Of a stretch of 64,000 bases of DNA, positions 26,042 to 40,161 are shown one piece after another. The stretch is taken from contig OZ024741.1 of NCBI GenBank assembly GCA_964016885.1, positions 9,796,001 through 9,860,000 of the forward strand, given 5' to 3'. A model generated the notes under the pieces. It ran no database searches. It saw nothing but the letters and a program-made list of their open reading frames with translations, and had not been told where the DNA came from. How positions within the stretch are numbered: position 1 is the stretch's first letter; each line of letters begins with the position of its first letter. Source of the DNA: Eledone cirrhosa (Eukaryota). Both the position numbers and the translations under genes were made by a program.

Positions 26042-26301
26042 ACTAAAGGTGGAAAACTGGGAGAGGGCACTTGCCTTGGTGGTCAGGGTCATTGTGGCTT
26101 TTTACTGGGCTTTCTCCACAAATGTCCCTCCGAAGTCTCCCCCCTATTGGGGAATTTTTCATTGTTATTTTCATTGTTATTTTTGTTACATCCTCTGTTT
26201 TTGTTTTTTTTAAACGCAGAAATGCCCATTTGTACCGTCCTGCATTGTCCTGCACTGTCCTTAATGTCTACTTTATGTAAACCCTTGTGGTTAATAAAGA
26301 A

Positions 26302-26357
<56 letters not shown>

Positions 26358-26358
<1 letters not shown>

Positions 26359-29300
26359 TTTATTACAGCTGCATTTATCTTGCTTTATCTTCATACGAGT
26401 TATCACCAAGTCACAACCAGTGACCTCAAGAGACAACAAGGTCCGCCATGTTCAAGAAAGAACATACATACACACACATGTATCTTTAGGTGTTTAGACT
26501 TGTGATGTACTTATATTGACAGAATCTTCCTTAGTATATGGGCAGTTCTCATTAGTACTATCTTTTGTATTTCTCCTATACGCGGGTTTCCTGGGATTTG
26601 CGATAAGTAATCATTAGACCCTTTAGGTATCATTCCTAGAGCGCCTACAACCACTGGTATTGTTTTAGTTCTCAATTTCCACATTTTTCCAATTTCTATC
26701 TCCAGGTCCTTATACTTGCTCAATTTTTCAAATGTTTTTATAGATACATTCTTATCTATTGGAACGGACATATCAATCAGCAGGCATACCCTCTTTTTAA
26801 AGTCATTCAGTATTATATCAGGTCTATTTGCATCTATTTTTCGATCTGTTTGGATGCTAAAGTTCCACAAGATTGAGATGTGATCTTTTTCAAGTATGGG
26901 AGGTGGTTGATGCTCCCACCAATTCTTTTGATGGGGCAGGTCAAAATGCTTACACATTATCCAATGTATGTATTGTACAGCTCTGTCATGCCTGTTTATG
27001 TATTCGGTTGGAGCTATAGGACTGCACATTGAAATTATATGATCAATGGTCTCTGGTTGTTTTTTTACATACACGGCATAATTGGTTGCATCCATCTTTT
27101 ATGATGTTGGGTTGGTAATTTTTTGTTGGCAGACACTGATCTTGTGCCGATATAATCAGTCCTTCAGTCTCCGATTTCAGTCCAGATGGTGCCAACCACT
27201 GATGGGTTAAAGTTTTGTCAACATCAGGATTGTTAGCTCGCTCTGGGTATTTTCCATACAGAGGCTTTTCTTGCCATTTCTTAACCAGTTTCTGTAGCAG
27301 TTCTTTATTGGCAGTTACTTTTACCTGCTTTGCTTTTTCTGTGTTTTCCATTTCAGCAGTAAATGAGACTTCTGAAATGTGTAGTCCATTACTGTATCTT
27401 TGTGGATCTTTTGTAATGGAGTATGATCTTTTGATGCTGTCGTGTTTCACAACGAGTTTGATCATCCAATCATGTGATTCCCTTAGATATGTAGATAATC
27501 CAATTGTTGCAGTTTTCAACGCAATATCTAACTGGATTAACCCACGTCCTCCTTCTTTCCTAGGGAGATATATTCTATCTGTATCTGCCTTAGGGTGATG
27601 CATTCTGTGCATGGTTAAGAATTTTCTAATTTTTGTATCGAGCCTACGGATCTCTGTGCTTCACCAATTGATCACATTGTAACTGTAGGTTACTACTGGT
27701 ATGGCAAGCGTGTTTATCGCATCGATCCTATTCCTTGCATTCAATTCCGTTCTTAAGATTGCTCTTACTCTGCGGTAACATTCCTTCCTTATCTTTTCCC
27801 TCATTGTCGAGTGCTTGATTCCGTCTCCTTCACAAACACTTAGATATTTGTAAGTTTCCCCTTGATCAAGTTCTCTTATCACATTCCCCCGATCAAGATT
27901 AATGTCTGAACTTTTCAGCAGCTTTCCTCTGGTGAACGTTGCTTGGGCGCATTTATCTAGTCCAAACTCCATTTTAATGTCATCACTGAACTGCTTCACA
28001 GTGGATAATAGCCCTTGCAATTGTTCATCATTTTTTGCAAATAGTTTCAGGTCATCCCTGTAGAACAAGTGATTAATGGTTTTGTCATAGACTTTATATC
28101 CATGTTTTGTTTCATTGAGCATTTTACTTAATGGTATAAGTGCGATGCAGAATAAAAGCGGTGATAAAGAGTCACCCTGAAAAATTCCACAATTAATATT
28201 AACTTCTCCAGCTTCCAATGATTCCTTTTCACTATTCAAAAGGAGTGTCGTTTTCCATGTATTCATACTGAATGACAAGAACCTCCTGACAACGGGAGAT
28301 ATTTTGAAAATCTCTAAACATTTTTCAATCCAACTGTGTGGCAAACTATCGAATGCTTTTTTATAATCTATCGAAGCAATTGATAGATTTTTATATTTAT
28401 TATGACAATCTTCCAATATCATTTTGTTAACCAAAAGCTGATCCTTATGAGCCTCGTTTACACCCTTTCTGCTCATTGGGAAATAGGTCATTTGTTATCA
28501 GGTGGTCATATTTATATTCAGTTAGGACTGATGTTAAAATTTTATACATTGTGGTCAAGCAAGTTATCGGTCTGTAATTTTTGGGATTGTTTGTCTCATC
28601 ATTCTTCGGAAGCAGGAATGTAATGCCGATAACTAGCCATGATGGTATCTTTTCTGGCTCCTTAACTATTTCATTGTAAAGTTGGGCTAACAGCTCATGT
28701 GACTCTGTGAAGGCATTTATCCAGAAATTTGGTATTTTGTCTTTTCCTGGGGATTTCCATTTGCTGGTTTTTCTAAGAGCCAAACGCAACTGTTCAACTG
28801 TTATATTTTCCCATATTTGTTCCTCAAGGTGAGCTGTATCTTTCATTTGTCTGTCTATCCATGGGGCAAGTATATTATGAACTTTTTCTTCGGCCCAGAT
28901 CTTTTCCCAGAATTCTTGAACTTCCTCCTTGGGTGGTATTGATTTAGCAGTTATTGTTGACTTGCCAATTTTTCTGTAGAAGTTTCTTTGGTTGTTTTTG
29001 AACATATTATTGTCCTTATATAATCTAGATCGTTTTTCAAAGCGCCTTACACTTTTTGCTTGATTATTTCTATCAGCATGTCTATGTCAATTGTTGATTT
29101 TATACTGTATTTTCTTTTCAATTTTCTAAGTTTAGTTTGTTTAACATGTTCACCTACTTTGTAGTTTGTTAACATTTCTATGTCAGATCGGAGAAGGTTT
29201 ATTTGGCGATTGATGTTCTCTTGCCAAGTAGATTTGTTGTAGGAATTCCTTTGTTTTTTCATTTTCACTCCACATAAGTGAGTGGCGACTTTAGCCGATG

Positions 29301-30315
29301 CATAATAGAGATGATTTAAATCAGTAATGTTTAGTTTGTTTGTGATGATAATATTTTTGAGAATTATGTTAGTCTTGTGTATTATCATTTGGTTCTGTTT
29401 GGAGTTCTGGATCTTAGGGAGGGTGTCTCGTTCCCCCATGTCAGATTCTTTCATTTTTATCCATTCGATCATAATTTCATCCTTCAAGTTGGCAAGTTCA
29501 TTCTCATTCATTTCTTTATCATTTACGATCTCATTGTTTTCATTTTGAGTTTCATCTTGAGCATGCACTCCCTCCACTTTTTCAATCCTTTCTTTAATTT
29601 GTTCTGTCGTCAGTGATTCCGCCCCAACCCTGGGATTCGATGTGTTACAATTTACCTCGTTTTCACTGACACATGTTTCATTTTCCCTTCGCTGACTTTG
29701 TGCTAATAGCTTGATCTGATCAATTTCTATATCAGTTAGTAACTTTTTTTAAACAATATTTCTTCGTATATTGGCTAGTTTGTTACTGTCAATATAGCCT
29801 CTGTTTTCGGGATGTTTCTTTTTCCAGTTTATATATGTCTGTTCTGTATTCGATCTATTTGATGGGTAGTACATGGCAGTATAGAAAGCCTCAAGGACTT
29901 CTTTATTGTCTTCCCTTGACCATTTTTCTCTCTTTTTCTTTGGATTTCTTGGTGGTGAGGATGGAGGGCCAACAGTAGGAGTATTCCGGATATGGGAGGT
30001 CTCCAGCTCCTAAGTGATGGGAAGGTTTGAACCATTAGCTGATTTTTCGACTCCAGTCTGGTTCCTCTCTGAGCGACGCGGCCCTTTTTGACCCGGGTGA
30101 CGGCCGATCCGGTATGAGATTTTATCATTTGACATTTACTTTATTTTGTCGCGTTTTATCCTTAACCGCCAAGGAGTAATCATTTCGTGTTACCACTTCT
30201 AGGACGAGTGTCAACCAAGACTAGAGGGGTCGTCCTCCCCTAGAGAAACGGCTATTCCCAGCCGGCCGTCATCCCGGTATTTCTTGGTCACGGGGTTTTC
30301 TTTTTGTTGTTTTTT
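26358..30315 (-). mobile_element. R4/Dong-type LINE family A, near full-length, frameshifted
   Basis: Single broken ORF ~30128-26511: KWSREDNKEV N-terminus, WKSPGKD, YRPITCL, DYKKAFDS, IFQGDSLSP, YRDDLKL, CRVC..HIISMC, RHD, RPDI, EKLSKY, VVGALG. Confidence 0.92.
30201..30289 (-). ncRNA. Candidate HDV-like ribozyme at the 5' end of the Dong-type element
   Basis: Minus strand: P1 GACCAA/TTGGTT, P2 AGGAC/GTCCT, P3 GAC/GTC, L3 CCCTCTA in nested-pseudoknot order; no P4, atypical J4/2. Confidence 0.4.
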
Positions 30316-30446
30316 AAATTGTTATTATCATGAGTGGTTCCATAATGTGAGCATTGCGTGGCTTAAGAATGAAATTATTATTAATAATATAATATACTTT
30401 TTGCTGAAGTTGTCTGTTATTGTTGTTGGCTATGTCGGTGGTGGTG

Positions 30447-30485
<39 letters not shown>

Positions 30486-30489
30486 TTTA

Positions 30490-33454
30490 TTCCTTGAATC
30501 TCAGTCATTGATGTTAGTTAACTGGAAAGTCCGTTGGAATGAATATCAAGCCACTACCTGCAGCCTCAGATATTCAGGACGTATCGGAGGGTTCTTGCTG
30601 TTCCCAGTAAGCATGCCTTTTGAAGCGTTCCAAAAAGCGTGAAGGGGCCGATTTTCTTTAACCATCCCTGGAAACTTTTGGAGATAGTCCCCAGTGCGCC
30701 TATGACAATCGGGATCACTTTGACTTCATGGCAGTTCCAAATCCTTTTTACCTCCCACTTTAAGTCCTGGTATCGGTTAATTTTCTCCCTCTCCTTCTCT
30801 TGCACTCTCGTGTCGAATGGGCAGGCCACATCCACAATCAGACACTATCTTTTTTCTTTGTCCACAACCACCAGGTCAGGTCTATTGTGTTCCAGTTTCT
30901 TGTCCGTCTGTATCCTAAAATCCCACAGCACCTTCACCTGATCGTTCTCCATCACCGCCTCTGGCTTATGCTCATACCATTTCTCAGAATGTGGTAAATT
31001 GTTTACTTTGCACAGGTGCCAGTGGATCACCCTGCCCATCACATCATGTCTCCAGCCCTTATAGTGGGTCTGGGCTAGGTGTTTACACTCGGACACAATG
31101 TGAGCCACAGTCTCCTCTCTCTCTCCACAGATCCTGCACAGTGGGCTAGCCTCCTCCTTGTAAATATGGTGTTTCAACCACTTCGTTTTGAGGGCCTGTT
31201 TCTGCGCAGCCATTAACATTCCTTCTGTAGCCTTTTTAAGGTCTCCTCTTCTCAACCAGTTCCATGTCTGTGAATCTCTAAATTCAGTTTTCTCAAAGAA
31301 GGTACTATGAAGGGATTTTTCCTTAAGGCTGCTCTTTCTCCTTGATGTTATTTTCTCCTTGGACATCCCCTGGCCTACTGTCCCCTCCTTCAGTACAGTT
31401 CTGAGCATTGGCTCCTTACTATCAGTCACGTATTTGTGTAGGTTGTTTTTCTCCATCTGAACACAGTCCTCTATGCTGATAAGACCTCTTCCACCCTCAG
31501 ATCTCCTTAGGTAGAGTCTATCGACATCACTCCTCTTGTGGAACATGTTGTAGATAGTCAATAGCTTCCTAGTCTTCCTATCCATTTCTTTTTGTTCAGC
31601 AACATTCCATCTCAGAATTCCCGCACTGTACCTAATAATAGACACAGCTCGGGAATTTACTGCGCTTATGACATTCCTACTGTCAGATGTGACTTCAATA
31701 CGCTCCTAACTCTCCGAATGTATTCAGTTCTTAACAATTCCTTCATTTTTTTGTTCTTTATGTCATCAGCCTCCAGAACGCCCAAATACTTGTATCCTTC
31801 CTCAGAGTCAATTTCCTTTATCATCTCACCTGTTGGTATCTGGATTCCGTTACTTCTGCTCAACCTACCCCTCCTCATCACAATGACTCTACACTTACTA
31901 ATACCAAACTGCATACATATATCACTGCTGAAAATACGGACAGTGTCAACAAGCACATCCAACTCCTTCTCACTCTTCCCGAAGAGCTTAAGATCGTTCA
32001 TGAAGAGGAGGTGATTGATGGTAAGCCCCCCCCCCTTTCCCAACCCGTATCCTGCTCTCACTTTTCGCAGTACACTGGTCAGGGGCATCAGGGCAAGGAC
32101 AAACAATAGAGGGGACAGGCTATCTCCCTGGAAGATACTTTAGCAGTATGGTAGAATCAGTGGTCAAATGCCTTTCTGTAGTCTATCCATCCCATGGCAA
32201 GATCAGTGTGTCTCCTCCTGCAATTCCCCATTACCATCTTATCAATAAGTAACTGGTCCTTTGTACCACGTGACTTCTTTCGGCATCCTTTCTGTTCGTC
32301 CGGCAACAAGTTGTTTGTGTCGAGGTGATGGTAGATTTCCTCAGACACAATGCTCGTCAACAGTTTCCACATTACGGACAGACATGTGATAGGTCTATAG
32401 TTGGTAACATCATTACCCTTGATTCGGTCTTTCATTATCAGAACTGTGGTACCTTTTGTCAACCACTCTGGTACCTCACTGACATCAAGCAGTTATTGAA
32501 CATGGTTGTCAGTTTCGGGTGGAGGGATGTTATATTTTTAATCCAATACCCCTGCACACCATCTGGGCCTGGTGATTTCCAGTTGGTTAATTTTTGGGCC
32601 TGCCCCTTAAGAGTTTCAACTGTGATACTCAAATCAGTTTGTTGGTGTGCCTGCTCACCGATCTCCCTCTGTACTGTCTCAATCCACTCTGCCTGGTCAT
32701 TATGTCTAACATCCTGCTCCCATATTCCCCTCCAGAATGTTTTAGTTTGTTCCGCCTCAGGGATCAAGTCGTTGCCTCTTTCTTTCCCATCAAGCTGTCC
32801 AAACAGCATCTTCTGGTTGTTGTCGAACATGTGGTTCTGTTTATACTGACTGACTCTGTTCTCGTATCGCCTGATTTTTGCACTCTTTGCTACAATGCGT
32901 TGCTTCAGTTCCTCTATGATAATATTTAGCTTTTTCCTCCTAGTTTTGTACTTTATTTCCAGTCTATATTTAGTGCCTATGTTTTTTAGTGTCCCATTCA
33001 GTAGTGACACAAGCTTTCCAATGTCATTTCTCATTTCCCTGATTTGACCACTCAGTCGTTTCTTCCACCAAGGCTCTGCTCTTTCTTGTCTGTTGTTTAC
33101 TCTCGCTTTTATACCAAGTAGTTTCCTCACCGTATTTGCTGTTGCTTTGAGGATATTGTTGCATTGGTGAAGGCTCCTCGCCTCAAGGTATGGGATGACT
33201 TTGTTTACCTTAGCTGTTGTTTCTTTTAACTCTTTCCTGTCTACGAATGTTAGGTTCATAGGTCTCCCACTATCATTGTTCAATTCATCTACCACTAAAT
33301 TTAGGATGTCAACCGAATCTTGTCCTAGCCCGTCAGCATTCATCTCCTCAGTGGCCGTATCTCTGTTCCAGGTATTATTCATCTCAGTATTCAGATCATT
33401 GTCTGCTTCGGGTGGTTCCTCCGTTCTCTCGACCTCTTCACCTTCATTTCCCAC
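30490..33454 (-). mobile_element. R4/Dong-type LINE family B, longest copy, decayed
   Basis: [33 protein letters not shown] domain; same 3' end as 19076 and 33502; RT deletion near 32140-32165. Confidence 0.92.
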
Positions 33455-33491
<37 letters not shown>

Positions 33492-33501
33492 GTTATTGTT
33501 A

Positions 33502-33988
33502 TTCCTTGAATCTCAGTCATTGATGTTGGTTAACTGGAAAGTCCGTTGGATTGAATATCAAGCCACTACCTGCAGCCTCAGATATTCAGGACGTATCGGA
33601 GGGTTCTTGCTGTTCCAAGCAAGCATGCCTTTTGAAGCGTTCCAAAAAGCGTGAAGGGGCCGATTTTCTTTAACCATCCCTGGAAACCTTTGGAGATAGT
33701 CCCCAGTGCGCCTATGACAATCGGGATCACTTTGACTTCATGGCAGTTCCAAATCCTTTTCACCTCCCACTTTAGGTCCTGGTATCGGTTAATTTTCTCC
33801 CTCTCCTTCTCTTGCACTCTCGTGTCGAACGGGCAGGCCACATCCACAATCAGGCACGATCTTTTTTCTTTGTCCACAACCACCAGGTCAGGTCTATTGT
33901 GTTCCAGTTTCTTGTCCGTCTGTATCCTAAAATCCCACAGCACCTTCACCTGACTGTTCTCAATCACCGCCTCTGGCCTATGCTCATA
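33502..33988 (-). mobile_element. R4/Dong-type LINE family B, short 3' fragment
   Basis: Near-identical to 30490-30976; in (ATT)n. Confidence 0.9.
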
Positions 33989-34101
<113 letters not shown>

Positions 34102-34247
34102 TTTTGAGTTTATGTTGGTTGTATACCAACACCTCAGTATGCAGGCTGGAGCACTCGACGAAGTGCGCAGGTTGGTTTGGTTACTCCGGAGTAGTGTAAA
34201 ATAAAGTTAAATAAAAGTCAAATGATTAAAATTTAGCTTCGTTTATT

Positions 34248-34302
34248 ACTGCTATATATATTTCAGTGACAGCCATCTTTGGCTGTGTCCTCTTCAGGCA
34301 GT
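34248..34302 (-). ncRNA. Minimal type I hammerhead ribozyme (mirror copy)
   Basis: Reverse complement of 34423-34477 with one extra stem II mismatch. Confidence 0.65.
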
Positions 34303-34422
34303 TTGAATTAGTTCCAGTTCCCCAGTGAATTAACAACCCAGCAAGGAACTGGGCATATCAGAGTATTGACAATATCATACACCTAAACAACATATGTACT
34401 TGTCTATACCATACTAATTCAA

Positions 34423-34477
34423 ACTGCCTGAAGAGGTCACAGCCAAAGATGGCTGTCACTGAAATATATATAGCAGT
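34423..34477 (+). ncRNA. Minimal type I hammerhead ribozyme
   Basis: ACTGC-CTGAAGA-GGTCACAGCCA-AAGA-TGGCTGTCACT-GAAAT-ATAT-ATA-GCAGT, followed by AATAAA. Confidence 0.75.
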
Positions 34478-34560
34478 AATAAACGAAGCTAAATTTTAAT
34501 CATTTGACTTTTATTTAACTTTATTTTATATATACATATATATATCTATATATATATATA

Positions 34561-35096
<536 letters not shown>

Positions 35097-35135
35097 ATAT
35101 ATATAAATATACACACACACATATATCTATATATA

Positions 35136-35630
35136 TCTATATATATAAAACTGAGGATGTCTGTTTGTGTGTGCGTGAGTTCAAATCCTTAAAACTCAAG
35201 AACCACCCAACCGACTGTTTTCAAACTTTACACATGTAATACTTATGTTTCACGGAGTGTTCTGAGCAAAAGAAATTTCAAATTTTCAATGCCCTAGGGA
35301 CCGCATTAGGCGACTTAGCGATCTCGCTCTATAATTCTTAGTCTTTCTCTTTTTAGATACATACATATAACGCCGCGCTCTTATACTATCTGTCTGTATG
35401 TCTGGCTGTCTGCATTACGTCACTTCCCTGAGGATGTCTGTGTCTGTGTGTGTGTCGGTGAGTTTGAATCCCTAAAACCCGAGAAGTACCCAACCGACTG
35501 TTTTCAAACTTTACACATGTAATACTTATGTTTCAGGAGTGTTCTGAGCAAAATAAATTTCAAATTTTCAATGCTCTAGGGACCGCATTAGACGATTAGA
35601 GGATGTTTGTCTGTGTGTGTGTGGGTGTAT

Positions 35631-35723
<93 letters not shown>

Positions 35724-36309
35724 TAGGGACCGCATTAGGTGATTTAGCGATCTCTCTATAATTCTTAGTCTTTCTCTTTTTAGATAGATACATACATATA
35801 ACGTCGCGCCCTTATAATATCTGCTGTACCTCTGGCTGTCTGTATTACGTCACTTCCCTGAGGATGTCTGTGTGTGTGCGTGTATGTGTGTCTGTGTGTG
35901 TGTGTCTGTGTGCGTCTGTGAGTTTGAATCCCTAAAACTCGAGAAGTATCCAACCGATTTTTTTAAAACTTTACATGTGTATTACTTATGTGTCAGGGAG
36001 TTTTATGCACATAAAATAATTCAACTTTTTTTTTAATCTCCTCTGCGTCTAGCCGATTTTCCCGAAATTTCAAGGCATATTATGCACATAAAAAAATTCA
36101 TTTCCTTGATCCCCTAGGGCCCGCAGTAGGTTAAAACCTGCATTTTTTCTGCTTCATCGAGGAAAATCTTAAAGATTATCCAGCCATCAGAGTATTCGCT
36201 TTATTTTCTTTACATATTGTCCAGGCATGCAGTTTTTCCACGATTAGGTCTGTTGGCGGCCCGCGTTCCAAAATACCGTATCCCGTGCAACGCCGGGTAC
36301 CACTGCTTG
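35136..36309 (+). mobile_element. Non-autonomous Helitron with internal tandem duplications
   Basis: 5' TCTATATATATAAAA; subterminal hairpin CCCG-TGCAACGC-CGGG; 3' CTTG (CTAG-like) then T; the ~280-bp 5' block is repeated internally. Confidence 0.7.
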
Positions 36310-36350
36310 TATACTATAAGAACAAAGGAACAAAGTTTCAGTGTTGCATC

Positions 36351-36408
<58 letters not shown>

Positions 36409-36409
36409 C

Positions 36410-36440
<31 letters not shown>

Positions 36441-36568
36441 TATACAGATGTATATATATAATTTTTATGCAATGAAATATCTATGATCGTCGGCAAATCA
36501 CTGATGAGGGACTTATTTTATTACATGTTATCCATGTGCAACCTGCAGTATTCTTCTCCCCATTTTTT

Positions 36569-36634
<66 letters not shown>

Positions 36635-36635
<1 letters not shown>

Positions 36636-36860
36636 CGGCGATGAATTAGTTTTGCGAGGTTTTTGATATGAAATCGTGTGTCGAAACAAATATTATTATT
36701 TTTGACCGTTGGTCAGTCAATGGCAACATTGAGGACCGAATAAATTAGATTACCGATATAAAAGACACAGAAGCGAAAAGCGAAAACCAACCAAACAGTG
36801 AGTGTGTTCTGTTATTAATTCTGGCGATATTACACAAATATGACCCTCCCTAAGTATAAC
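36635..36860. mobile_element. Inverted mini-element in (TA)n (family of 39549-40144)
   Basis: Tail in - orientation joined to body in + orientation; both match 39549-40144. Confidence 0.7.
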
Positions 36861-36864
36861 ATAT

Positions 36865-36899
<35 letters not shown>

Positions 36900-36954
36900 A
36901 TATATATACCTATACACATGTATATATATATATATATATATATACATACATACA

Positions 36955-37036
<82 letters not shown>

Positions 37037-37124
37037 TATAGATAGGTAAAAAGAGAGAGAAAGACAAGGAGAAAGATAAACAGAGAGAGAGGGAGAGGGG
37101 GAGAGAGAGATAGAGAGAGAGAGA

Positions 37125-37167
<43 letters not shown>

Positions 37168-37459
37168 TGATTCGGATTTACAATATAAAAGAAAACTTAC
37201 TCCTAAAGTTAATAGTGTGTAATTATTTGTTATAGTCGCCAGATTATTGTCACGAGTCTTGTCACTGTTGAAAATCATTGATTTCATGTGTGTGTATGTG
37301 TTTGTTTGTGTATGTGTGTGTTTGTATGTGTTTGTTTGTGTGTGTGTGTGTTTGTTTGTATGTGTTTGTTTGTGTGTGTGTGTGTGTGTTTGTTTGTGCG
37401 TGTGTGTGTTTGTTTGTTTGGTTGTGTGTGTTTGTGTGTGTGTGTGTTTGTTTGTGTGT

Positions 37460-38667
37460 ATGTACATGTACTTGTACTTGTGTCGACATTCACCCTGGAC
37501 CGGTTGAGCCGGCTTCTTCCCTTGTCCTGACGGCATCCCGAACCATGGCAGCCCATGCACAACGGTCCAGAGCTAGGTCACTGGAGATAGTGAGCCAGTC
37601 AGGGTTTCATCGTGGGTCCTCCTTGATCGTCATTGCCCAGGTCTTCAGTTGCCCGCCAACGCGCTTGCGCCAGTTAGGGAGTGGAGGTGGGAGGAGAACA
37701 TCGCGGATCAGCTCACCCTCAGGGCGCCGGGCTGCGTGACCAAACCATCTCAAGCGCCGTTGCAGAAGCACTGAAGGAAGGGGTCGAAGATTCAGGCGAA
37801 GACGAAGACTGGTGGTAGGTACCCAATCAACACGTCGGTAGTGAAGAATGCGGCGGAGATAGTCATTGTCGGAGACCTTCAGCCCTCGTTGATCGACTAC
37901 CCTCATAGGTCATATTTCACAGCCATAGAGGTGGATAGTGTGAACGACGGCCTGGTAGATTCGCCTTTTGGTCGCCGAGGTTATCTATCTTCTGTCCCAC
38001 AGACACCACTGGAGGCGCCCAAAAGCAGATCTAGCAGCACCTATGCGACGTTTGACCTCGGCTGCGCCCTGTCCCGTTGGAACCACTCTTGAGTCCAGGT
38101 AAACGAAGGACTCCACATCCTCAAGGTCCACGCCCTCGAGAGATATTGGCTGCCAAGCATCAGGCGAGACCAGTGACGTCATGACCTTCGACTTGGCGGC
38201 ATTGATTCGTAGACCAACAGCGGCGGCTGCAGTGTGCACCCTTTCGAGAGCACCTTGTACATCTGTCCCGTTAGCGCCCATCAGCACGATGTCATCCGCG
38301 TAGGCCAGGTCCGTGACCACGACCCCTCTTCCGACCTCTACGCCCGGGTAGTCCCGGAGCGCTGTGTTGAGAGTGTAATAATGGCGTAGTTAAAGAGAGT
38401 TGGCGATAGCGCACACCCCTGCCGAACACCGGTCCCAACATCGAACGACTTCGTCTCCCCACATTAGACCCTCATTCGAGCCCGAGTCGACCGGTAGTAG
38501 CCCTGTATGAGACGAAGCAGCTTCACTGGGATGCCATCCGCCTACATTATACGCCATAGGGCTTCCCGATCTACCGAGTCGAAGGCAGCTGCCAAGTCGA
38601 TGAAGCAGAGGACAGTAGGGTGTTGATGTGCCCACCGTTGTTCCAGGACACGCCGGAGATTGAAGAT
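37460..38667 (-). mobile_element. RTE-clade LINE, 5'-truncated and decayed
   Basis: FIDLAAAFDSVDREALW, GVRQGCALSP, AYADDIVL, GLRINAAKSKVM, RRLRWFGH; 3' (CAAGTA)n tail. Confidence 0.9.
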
Positions 38668-38729
38668 GTGTGTATGTGTGTGTGCACAAACAGACTCACA
38701 AAACACATATGAACACACACACAGACACA

Positions 38730-39035
38730 CACACATATATTTGTCTCTCTCTTTCATACATATATATATATGTGTATGTAAGTATATATATAGTGAGAGT
38801 TGAGTACCTATGTAAGTATATAATTATACACACACACATATATATATTTGTCTCTCTCTCTTACATACATATATATATATGTGTATGTAAGTATATATAT
38901 AGTGAGAGTTGAGTACCTATGTAAGTATATAATTATACACACACACATATATATATTTGTCTCTCTCTCTTACATACATATATTTATATGTGTATGTAAG
39001 TATATATGTAGTGAGAGTTGAGTACCTATGTAAAT
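38730..39035. repeat. ~118-bp tandem repeat, ~3 copies, built of microsatellite-like sequence
   Basis: Recurrent GTGAGAGTTGAGTACCTATGTAAG at 38793, 38902 and 39011 (spacing of this motif ~109 bp; unit length approximate). Confidence 0.75.
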
Positions 39036-39109
39036 ATATATTTATATATACACACACACACACAGACAGACACACACGCAGACACACGCACAGACACATA
39101 CATATATAT

Positions 39110-39515
39110 ATGGTGGCTGCCAACTCGTTTTCGAGTACGACCACTACTTTATATCCATGTAGGAGAACCCCTACCGATGCGCTGAACAAGTGTGACTTTT
39201 TAGTCCAGCCAGCGACTTGAAAAATCTGGTACACTACACTTGTGACAATTATTGACACATAGTGCTGGGCCCATAGTACCATGTGACGACAAGTGCAGAG
39301 AGATCTCTAGATATAAAGCAATGCCTGTGCCGTGAAGATTTTATAGTGAGCAAAAGCACTGCACAAAGCCAGTCCCACTCTCTTAACCAAGATGATATTT
39401 ACCATAAAGAAGAACAAGTCAACATCACTGGACACCATCAGGGTTACAGGTGTTATATCAGAGTTTTCCTTCTCCTAGAATTCTGCCTTGACAAAGGCTA
39501 AGGGGTCATCTCTCC

Positions 39516-39517
<2 letters not shown>
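39110..39517 (-). mobile_element. ~400-bp dispersed repeat, copy 2
   Basis: Reverse complement of 6444-6844. Confidence 0.75.
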
Positions 39518-39548
<31 letters not shown>

Positions 39549-39552
<4 letters not shown>

Positions 39553-40144
39553 TTTTGCGAGGTTTTTTATATGAAATCGTGTGTCGAAACAAATATTGTT
39601 ATACTTGGGGAGGGTCATATTTGTGTAATATTGCCAGAATTAATAACAGAACACACTCACTGTTTGGTTGGTTTTCGCTCCTCGCTTCTGTGTCTTTTAT
39701 ATCGGTAATCTAACTTACTCGGTCCTCAATGTTGCCATTGACTGACCGACGGTCAAAAATAATACAGATACAATATAGACACAAACACATATATATAGTT
39801 TATTATAAATCTTTCGTTGCACATCTGCAACATCGTCAGTGGTGCTATCTTTTCCTCCTGTTGTATTGTATGTCTACGCCATTTTTATTCAGTCTGTCTA
39901 TATATTTATTTATTTATTTGCTTGTTTGTTTATTTTATTTTGTCTATATTGTGTCTATTATTTTGTCTATATTGTATCTGTATTATTTTTGACCGTCGGT
40001 CAGTCAATGGCAACATTGAGGACCGAGTAAGTTAGATTACCGATATAAAAGACACAGAAGCGAGAAGCGAAAACCAACCAAACAGTGAGTGTGTTCTGTT
40101 ATTAATTCTGGCAATATTACACAAATATGACCCTCCCAAGTATA
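39549..40144 (-). mobile_element. Fold-back element in (TA)n with no recognisable hammerhead
   Basis: ~180-bp inverted arms 39600-39781/39963-40144; unique tail 39549-39599. Confidence 0.8.
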
Positions 40145-40161
40145 TATATATATATATATAT

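Larger units (their letters stand above)
20277..26302 (+). mobile_element. Full-length L1/Tx1-type non-LTR retrotransposon, copy 2 (coding-intact)
   Basis: 5'UTR, ORF1, 35-bp spacer, ORF2, 3'UTR with AATAAA; (ATT)n on both sides. Confidence 0.97.

Noticed and set aside
13304-26092. Antisense and alternative-frame ORFs inside the LINEs
   Set aside because: Shadows of GC-rich or low-complexity coding sequence
36474-36512. Type II hammerhead-like GAAAT..TGAT/ATCA-CTGATGAG
   Set aside because: Stems II and III do not pair convincingly
39993-40125. Hairpin-ribozyme resemblance (AGUC loop; AAAGACA..GCAATATTAC)
   Set aside because: Loop A lacks AGAA, loop B deviates and helix 3 cannot form; kept only as an unexplained structured domain
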